Positions 57,662 to 64,000 of a DNA stretch of 64,000 bases are shown piece by piece. Location of the stretch: the IMG/VR virus record IMGVR_UViG_3300032246_001533, positions 6,580-70,579 of that record, one strand, 5' to 3'. The notes under the pieces are model-generated. The model did not search any database and was not told where the DNA came from. It was given only the letters and a program-made list of their open reading frames with translations. The stretch is from a virus. The stretch's first letter is position 1. Every line of letters starts with the position of its first letter. The translations under genes and the position numbers were made by a program.

Positions 57662-57713
57662 TTTATGTAATCAATCTTTAAGTTGATATAATTATCAAGA
57701 AAGATTGGTGATC

Positions 57714-57995
57714 ATGTACCCACGAAAGATACATGACTTTTGGATGAATGGAATTATTAAAGATGATTCTAAATTCCAAAGCTCAAGGGAGAATTATGAA
57801 AGACTTTTGGTTCAGCAAATGCGAAGCAAAGGCTATGTTCCTGTACTTGACATGCAACCACAATTTAATGTAAAATATAATAATGAAAAAGATCACTACA
57901 CTTTCAATCTTGTAATGTACGGCATGTATATTGGAAAAGCCAAATCATTAAAATACGAAGGTTTCTCTGGTCAGAGCTTAATACCTAAAGGATAA
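57714..57995 (+). CDS. Hypothetical protein
   Basis: ORF track; promoter TGATATAAT at 57684-57692. Confidence 0.7.
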   Translation: MYPRKIHDFWMNGIIKDDSKFQSSRENYERLLVQQMRSKGYVPVLDMQPQFNVKYNNEKDHYTFNLVMYGMYIGKAKSLKYEGFSGQSLIPKG

Positions 57996-57998
57996 AAA

Positions 57999-58958
57999 AT
58001 GTTAGATGCATATACAAAAGCGGATCTCCGCTCTATTTTGCGTTCTTGCAATATAAGCGTTGTTTCAGAAACAGGAACTGATTTTTTATGCTTATGCCCG
58101 TTTCATCACAATGTTGATTCACCAGCATTTGCAGTAAGTTATTCAAAAGGGCTTTACATCTGTTACAACCAAAACTGTAACTCATCTGGAACGGTTCTTG
58201 ATTTAGTAAAGCTACTTACGGGAAGAAATGATTTTGAAGCATTAAGGTTTATTTCTCAAAATAAGCAAACAGAAGAAGAAGCATTTGAAGATGGACTCAA
58301 AGATTTACTTGATGAAAAACCAGAGTTTACTGTGTTCCCAGAAGAAACTCTTACAAAATTGTATGAAGAGCTTTTGATAAATGCAGAAGCAAAAGAATAT
58401 TTTAAATCAAGAAATATTAATTTATCATCAGTAGAGCATTTTAAGCTTGGGTATTCTTCTAACATGGGCATGGTTACAGTACCACTTCATTCCCCAGACG
58501 GTCAACCTGTTGGAATTATTGGTAGATCAATTACTGATAAAAGATTTAAAAATAGTGTAAATTTACCACGCAATAAAACTATGTTTAATTTGCACAGGGC
58601 AAAGCGTGAGGGTGGTACAATCATTGTTGTTGAATCAAGCTTTGATGCAATTCGTTTGTGGCAAGCGGGTTATCCAAATGCAGTTGCAACACTTGGTGGA
58701 AGCATATCTGATATTAATGTGCAAAATTTAAATAAATATGCATCAACAATTATTGTAATGACAGACAATGATACGGCTGGAAGAGCATTGGGTAAAACAA
58801 TAGCAAGCAAGTTAAAAAATAAAAATGTTTTGTGGTCTCAGTATGACCACAATACAGTGTATCCTCATTTTGCTAAAGATGTGGGCGATATGACTGATGA
58901 AGAAATAAAGCAGTGTATAAAAAATGCAATTCCGCATTTTGAGTACGCAAATATGTGA
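57999..58958 (+). CDS. dnaG: DNA primase (CHC2 zinc finger plus TOPRIM)
   Basis: CPFH...CYNQNC; VVESSFD; DNDTAG. Confidence 0.92.
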   Translation: MLDAYTKADLRSILRSCNISVVSETGTDFLCLCPFHHNVDSPAFAVSYSKGLYICYNQNCNSSGTVLDLVKLLTGRNDFEALRFISQNKQTEEEAFEDGLKDLLDEKPEFTVFPEETLTKLYEELLINAEAKEYFKSRNINLSSVEHFKLGYSSNMGMVTVPLHSPDGQPVGIIGRSITDKRFKNSVNLPRNKTMFNLHRAKREGGTIIVVESSFDAIRLWQAGYPNAVATLGGSISDINVQNLNKYASTIIVMTDNDTAGRALGKTIASKLKNKNVLWSQYDHNTVYPHFAKDVGDMTDEEIKQCIKNAIPHFEYANM

Positions 58959-59011
58959 TATAATAAAAAAACAGGGCATACTACAGCCCCTTTACACAAG
59001 GAGAATATAAT

Positions 59012-59689
59012 ATGGGAATAGTTAAAGGCTTAAACGCTTTAAACAAGCAAATGGAAAGACCAGCTTCGTCTGGTGATTCACAAAAAGGTAGATGGCTACA
59101 GCTTAAAGATGGCCAATCATTAAAAATCCGCTTCATGCAAGAAATTGATCCAGACTCGTCTTCATATATTGAAAAAGCAGGTTTGGCATTTATTGCAGTT
59201 GAGCACACAAATCCAAAAGATTACAAGCGCAAAGCACTTTGCACAATTGAAGACTTAGGCCGTTGCTTTGGTTGCGAACAACACCGACGTGATCCAAAGT
59301 CTGGTTGGAAAGGTCGTTCACGCTTTTATGCTAATGTTCTTGTTGACGATGGTCAAGAAGAACCATATGTTGCAATTTTTTCACAAGGTGCTGGTCCAAA
59401 ATCAGCAACTCCAGAAATCATTAACTATGCAGGAGAGACTGGAAGCATCTCTAATCTTAACTGGAAGTTAAAGCGCACAGGTACAGCAACGGATACTAAT
59501 TATTCAATTATTCCTTTGCCAACCGCAGATGTAAAACCAATTGATTTAGAAAAGTACGAATTATTTGATTTAGAAAAATCAGCAGTTCGCAATGTTTCTT
59601 ACGAAGAGCAAGAAGCATTTTATTTTGGCATTACATCAGATTCTTCAGAAGAATCACTTCAATCAGCATCATCAGCAGTAGAATGGTAA
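59012..59689 (+). CDS. ssb: Single-stranded DNA-binding protein (gp32-like)
   Basis: His/Cys zinc-like site; KRTGTATDTNY; acidic tail ending in W; lies between primase and polymerase. Confidence 0.75.
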   Translation: MGIVKGLNALNKQMERPASSGDSQKGRWLQLKDGQSLKIRFMQEIDPDSSSYIEKAGLAFIAVEHTNPKDYKRKALCTIEDLGRCFGCEQHRRDPKSGWKGRSRFYANVLVDDGQEEPYVAIFSQGAGPKSATPEIINYAGETGSISNLNWKLKRTGTATDTNYSIIPLPTADVKPIDLEKYELFDLEKSAVRNVSYEEQEAFYFGITSDSSEESLQSASSAVEW

Positions 59690-59700
59690 TTCGCTAAATA

Positions 59701-62700
59701 ATGAAATTTGCCCACCTTCACGTTCATTCGCATTATTCGCTTATGGATGGTTTAAACACACCTTATGAGCTTCTTAAAGCTGCACAGAAGGCTGGGCAAG
59801 TTTCGTTAGCAATTACAGATCACGGAACTCTATCATCACATAGAGACATGCAAATTGCTGCAAAAGAACTTGGGATGAAGCCAATACTTGGGCTTGAGGC
59901 ATATCTTTCAGAAACAGATCGTTTTGACAAAAGAGCAGTAGCAAAAAGAGAAGATAATACTTCTTTATACTCGCACATCATTCTATTAGCAAAAAATGAT
60001 TTAGGTTTAAAAAATCTTCAAAAGCTTTCTCAAATTGCTTGGACAGAAGGTTATTATCATAAGCCACGAATTGATATGGAAGTTCTTTTTGAGTTTGGTG
60101 ACGGTATAATTGTATTGTCTGGTTGCATGGGTGGAATTATTTCTAAGGCTATAGAGCGTGGAGATAATGAAAAGGCAAGAGAATATACTAAAATATTTAA
60201 AGATCGTTTTGGTGAAGATTTTTACATTGAAGTTCAAGCACACAATCCAGACAGTTTAAATACTGCTTTACTTGCATTGGCAGATGAATTTAAGGTAAAG
60301 CCAGTAGCAACGGGGGATTGTCATTTTGCAGTCAAAGAAGAACGGGACTTGGAAGAACTATTACTTATTCTATCTACCAAGCCAACACAAAATAAAGAAG
60401 CAGACTATACAAGTAGTCGTAAATTCACTAGTATTATTGATAGGTTTGATTATATTTATCCCAATCGCCCTATTAGTTTCGCTGACATTAACGTTTATAT
60501 TCAATCCTATGATGAAATTTTATTGGATTTTGAAAAAGCGGGCATTAAAAGAAAAGATATATACGAATCATCAGTAGAGATATCAAATAAAATTGAAGAA
60601 TATGATTTTCATGAAAACCTTGACTTATTGCCAGTACCAAAAAAGAATGCATTAAAAACTCTTAAAGAGATGTGTGATAAATCCTTATTAGATATGGAAT
60701 TAAAAAATGAAATTTATAAAGAAAGACTTGAAGAAGAGCTTAAAGTCATCAAAGAAAAAAACTTTGCTAGTTATTTTCTTGTTGTTAGTGATATGGTTAA
60801 TTGGGCAAAACAGAATGAAATTCTTGTTGGGCCAGGACGTGGATCCGCAGCGGGATCGTTAGTATGTTATCTTTTAGGTATTACAGATGTAGATCCAATA
60901 AAATTTGACCTACTATTTTTTAGATTTATTAATCCAGAACGTAACGATTTTCCAGATATTGATACAGATTTTATGGATAGACGTCGTGGCGAAGTTAAAG
61001 AATATTTGCGTAAAAAATTTAAACACGTTGCATCTATTTCTACATATCAGTATTTTAAAGATAAAGGCGTTGTAAGAGATGTTGCCAGAGCTTTCTTAGT
61101 ACCACTTGGAGAAGTAAATAAAGCCTTAAAAGGCGTTGAAACATTTGAAGAATATGAATCAAGCCCAAGTACCGAAGAGTTTAGAAAAAAATATCCAGAG
61201 GTTACAAAATATGCTTCTATGTTGCGTGGAAAAATTCGTGGTAATGGAATGCATGCAGCAGGTGTTGTTGTTGCAAAAGATGATATTAGCAAATATGTTC
61301 CAATTGAAACAAGAAAAGATCCTAATGAATCTGTTTCGGGCAGAATTCCAGTTGTAGCATATGATATGGAGCAGACAGCAGATTTAGGATTGATTAAACT
61401 TGACGTATTAGGACTAAAAACACTTTCTGTTATTTATGACACATTAAAAACAATTGAGCATATTAAAAAGAAAAAAATTAACTTAAAAGAAATAAAGCTT
61501 GATGATCCAAAAGTTTTTGAGATGTTATCCAGTGGTTTTACAAAAGGTGTTTTTCAAGCAGAAGCAACTCCATATACAAACCTTCTCATTAAGATGGGTG
61601 TAGACAATTTTGAAGATCTTGCAGCATCAAATGCTTTGGTTCGCCCAGGCGCTATGAACACTGTGGGTGGCTCATATATCAGACGTAAACATGGTGAAGA
61701 AATTGTTACATATGCTCACCCAACCATGCAAGAGTTTACTGCAAGAACATACGGAGTTATTATTTATCAGGAGCAGGTTATGCAGGCTTGCGTTCATTTA
61801 GGTGGAATGTCTTGGGCCGATGCTGACAAGGTTAGAAAAATTATTGGAAAGAAGAAGGATGCAAAAGAGTTTGATATATATAAAGACCAGTTTATCGCAG
61901 GCGCTTCAAATCATATTACGTCCGAAGATGCAGCAAAGTTATGGCACGATTTCGAAGCTCACGCTGGCTATTCTTTTAACCGTTCTCATGCCATTGCGTA
62001 TTCTATGCTTAGCTATTATACTGCTTGGCTTAAATTTTATTACCCTCTTGAGTTTATGTTTGCCATTCTCAAGAACGAAAAAGATAAAGATGCTAGAACA
62101 GATTATTTACTCGAAGCCAAGCGTTTGGGCATTAAGGTATTGCTCCCACATATCAATGAGTCTGATCTCGATTTTAGCATTCAGGGAAACTCAATAAGAT
62201 TTGGTTTATCAAACATTAAATATATTTCTGATAATATTGGTAGTAAGATTACGGCATTGAGACCTTTTAAAACATATACAGAGTTTATGGATAAGGCTAA
62301 GGAAAAGGGCAGTGGTATTAATTCAAGAGCTTTAGAATCTCTTAATATGATTGGTGCCTCTGCTTTTCCTGATAATCCACGCAAAGGTAACGAAAATGAA
62401 AACCTTTATGAATACCTTGGAATTCCAAAGTTTGATACAGGAAAGATAAGCCCATCAATTAAAGCACAGGTTAACCCGTTAGAAGAGTTTCTTGAAGAAG
62501 GATGTTTTGTTCTTTTGGCAATGGTTAAATCAATTAAAAAAGGACCAACTTGGTCTCGAATTGAGTTGGTAGATGATACAGGTTCAGTAGGAATTTTTCA
62601 TTCTGTCAATACAGAAATTGAAGCTGGCATGATGTATTTTTTCCTTGTTGGAGATAATAGAATACATCAATATGTAACTATTGATGAAGTTGTAAATAAA

Positions 62701-62973
62701 ACAAACGAACCTTTTGTTCAATGGCTCTATAAAGATAAACTTAAAATTGAAAATGGGAAAATGCTTGTTCTTGATTTTACAAATTACAAAACAAAAGCAA
62801 ACAAAATGATGGCTCATATAATTTTGTCTGATGCAGATAAAAAGTTAGAGAGAGTTATAGCTTTTCCTAAAATTTATAGTAAAGCTTTAGGAAAGATGAA
62901 GCCAGGAACTATTTGCGACCCAGCAATAGCTAAACTGGAAGATGGAACACTATATGTAAAGGAGGTAAGTTAA
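59701..62973 (+). CDS. dnaE: DNA polymerase III alpha subunit (C-family)
   Basis: HLHVHSHYSLMDG PHP domain; GRGSAAGS; PDIDTD; KLDVLGL; YSFNRSH. Confidence 0.95.
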   Translation: MKFAHLHVHSHYSLMDGLNTPYELLKAAQKAGQVSLAITDHGTLSSHRDMQIAAKELGMKPILGLEAYLSETDRFDKRAVAKREDNTSLYSHIILLAKNDLGLKNLQKLSQIAWTEGYYHKPRIDMEVLFEFGDGIIVLSGCMGGIISKAIERGDNEKAREYTKIFKDRFGEDFYIEVQAHNPDSLNTALLALADEFKVKPVATGDCHFAVKEERDLEELLLILSTKPTQNKEADYTSSRKFTSIIDRFDYIYPNRPISFADINVYIQSYDEILLDFEKAGIKRKDIYESSVEISNKIEEYDFHENLDLLPVPKKNALKTLKEMCDKSLLDMELKNEIYKERLEEELKVIKEKNFASYFLVVSDMVNWAKQNEILVGPGRGSAAGSLVCYLLGITDVDPIKFDLLFFRFINPERNDFPDIDTDFMDRRRGEVKEYLRKKFKHVASISTYQYFKDKGVVRDVARAFLVPLGEVNKALKGVETFEEYESSPSTEEFRKKYPEVTKYASMLRGKIRGNGMHAAGVVVAKDDISKYVPIETRKDPNESVSGRIPVVAYDMEQTADLGLIKLDVLGLKTLSVIYDTLKTIEHIKKKKINLKEIKLDDPKVFEMLSSGFTKGVFQAEATPYTNLLIKMGVDNFEDLAASNALVRPGAMNTVGGSYIRRKHGEEIVTYAHPTMQEFTARTYGVIIYQEQVMQACVHLGGMSWADADKVRKIIGKKKDAKEFDIYKDQFIAGASNHITSEDAAKLWHDFEAHAGYSFNRSHAIAYSMLSYYTAWLKFYYPLEFMFAILKNEKDKDARTDYLLEAKRLGIKVLLPHINESDLDFSIQGNSIRFGLSNIKYISDNIGSKITALRPFKTYTEFMDKAKEKGSGINSRALESLNMIGASAFPDNPRKGNENENLYEYLGIPKFDTGKISPSIKAQVNPLEEFLEEGCFVLLAMVKSIKKGPTWSRIELVDDTGSVGIFHSVNTEIEAGMMYFFLVGDNRIHQYVTIDEVVNKTNEPFVQWLYKDKLKIENGKMLVLDFTNYKTKANKMMAHIILSDADKKLERVIAFPKIYSKALGKMKPGTICDPAIAKLEDGTLYVKEVS

Positions 62974-63164
62974 TGTCAGAAAATAATATAAATTTAGGAC
63001 TTGAACAAATTGCTGCAGCAATCATTGCTAAATTTGGTAAAGTTAATATTTCTATGGAATCGCTTTTATCAGATTACTCAGCAAAAAGCATTTCTGTTAC
63101 GCAAGATTTAGACACACAGGATTTAGTCCTAGAGTTAATTGATAAGCCAACAGAGACAGAGTAA
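62973..63164 (+). CDS. Hypothetical protein
   Basis: AGGAGG RBS; TAATG coupling. Confidence 0.75.
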   Translation: MSENNINLGLEQIAAAIIAKFGKVNISMESLLSDYSAKSISVTQDLDTQDLVLELIDKPTETE

Positions 63165-63184
63165 ATAGTGTATAATATAAGTAT

Positions 63185-63439
63185 ATGGCTCAGTCCTATA
63201 TACTTAAAGGTACGGAAAACGAGTTCTTGCTTGTTATTAGAGCAGAGGATGAAAAAACAGTCTATAGCATAATAGATTTGTTGTCAACAAGTCGTAACGA
63301 ACAGATTAAAAATCTGTCAATAGAATTAGAAAAGAGTTTACATGATAACGGAAGAAATCCTAGCAAAGCTGGATCCCAAAACAAGAGCAAGAGTACAAAT
63401 AGCAACAACAATAGACGTAGAAAAACAAAAAACACCTAG
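63185..63439 (+). CDS. Hypothetical protein (likely leaderless) whose tail overlaps recA
   Basis: TATAAT at 63171-63176, 8 nt before the ATG. Confidence 0.6.
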   Translation: MAQSYILKGTENEFLLVIRAEDEKTVYSIIDLLSTSRNEQIKNLSIELEKSLHDNGRNPSKAGSQNKSKSTNSNNNRRRKTKNT

Positions 63440-64000
63440 CATTGGTTTAAACATGGCTCTAAAAGGTGGGTTTGGCTATGGTCGTCAAATTCTTGTATGG
63501 GGAAATAAATCAGCAGGTAAATCTTCTTTTTGTCTGCAAATGATTGCTGATGCACAAAAAAATGGAAAAAATTGTGCATGGATAGACGCAGAAGCTTCAT
63601 ATTCTGCAGAGTGGGCAAGTAAATTAGGTGTAGATTCAGAAAAATTAATTTATTCACCAGCAAAAACAATTAATGATATGGTTGATGTTGCTACACAATT
63701 AATGGATGCAGGCGTTGATTTAATTGTTGTAGACTCAATCTCTGCTTTGTTACCAGCAATTTACTTTGAAAAAGATAGTTCGGATTTAAAAAAATTAGAA
63801 GACACCAAACAAATTGGTGCAGAAGCAAAGGATATGACACATGCAGTCAAAATGCTTAACTACGCAAACAAAAACACATTACTTGTTCTCATCTCACAAC
63901 AACGAAATCAGTTTGGATCTATGCATGCTAGTCACATCCCCACAGGTGGCATGGCAGTCAAGTTCTTTTCTTCCACTGTCATTAAGCTCTGGTCGTCTGA
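63342..64000 (+). CDS. recA: RecA-family recombinase, 3'-truncated by the window edge
   Basis: Hand translation: GNKSAGKS Walker A, WIDAE, LIVVDSISAL, TGGMAVKFFSS; absent from the ORF track. Confidence 0.92.
   Translation, partial: MITEEILAKLDPKTRARVQIATTIDVEKQKTPSIGLNMALKGGFGYGRQILVWGNKSAGKSSFCLQMIADAQKNGKNCAWIDAEASYSAEWASKLGVDSEKLIYSPAKTINDMVDVATQLMDAGVDLIVVDSISALLPAIYFEKDSSDLKKLEDTKQIGAEAKDMTHAVKMLNYANKNTLLVLISQQRNQFGSMHASHIPTGGMAVKFFSSTVIKLWSS

Noticed and set aside
59701-62973. Intein or intron in dnaE (also checked nrdJ, dnaB and the capsid gene)
   Set aside because: Motifs are contiguous and lengths are normal; no splice-junction signatures were seen
1-64000. Alternative genetic code, tRNA genes, integrase/att site or terminase
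   Set aside because: Long genes read cleanly in the standard code and use all three stops; no cloverleaf, integrase or terminase motif was recognised by eye, though they may lie outside the window

Overview
This is a 64-kb, AT-rich slice of a large tailed (siphovirus-type) phage genome. A low-GC actinobacterial host is inferred from the operator motifs, the near-leaderless genes and the gene set. Positions 1-3.3 kb hold minus-strand micro-genes (33-71 aa, mostly missed by the ORF track) that look like an early or host-takeover region. They are driven by a repeated TGTCAG-N10-TAnnnT promoter. The spacers between them are tiled with near-consensus host operator sequences (CRP, DnaA, LexA, ArgR, parS, WhiA-like) and two copies of a compact H-type pseudoknot; this is the most unusual feature of the window. 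Positions 3.4-5.7 kb carry an HNH nuclease, a 2OG-Fe(II) oxygenase and a lytic transglycosylase with an embedded 90-nt, about 96% AT tract near the point where transcription diverges. The plus strand then runs through several blocks. First come a GT4 glycosyltransferase and class II RNR (nrdJ). Next is a block of Thr/Gln-rich collagen-like and glycine-rich fibre genes that surrounds a sulfation/glycosylation module (APS kinase fused to a HIGH-type nucleotidyltransferase, sulfotransferases, GT2, GT32, FkbM methyltransferase, beta-propeller glycosidase, TPR). The morphogenesis block follows: portal, protease-scaffold, major capsid, neck, tail tube, chaperone pair, tape measure and tail tip. The last block has an HNH, a phosphoesterase, a holin-like gene and the replication genes dnaB, dnaG, ssb, dnaE and recA (truncated at the window end). 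No tRNA, CRISPR array, integrase or terminase was recognised. All calls come from reading motifs by eye; no database search was run.
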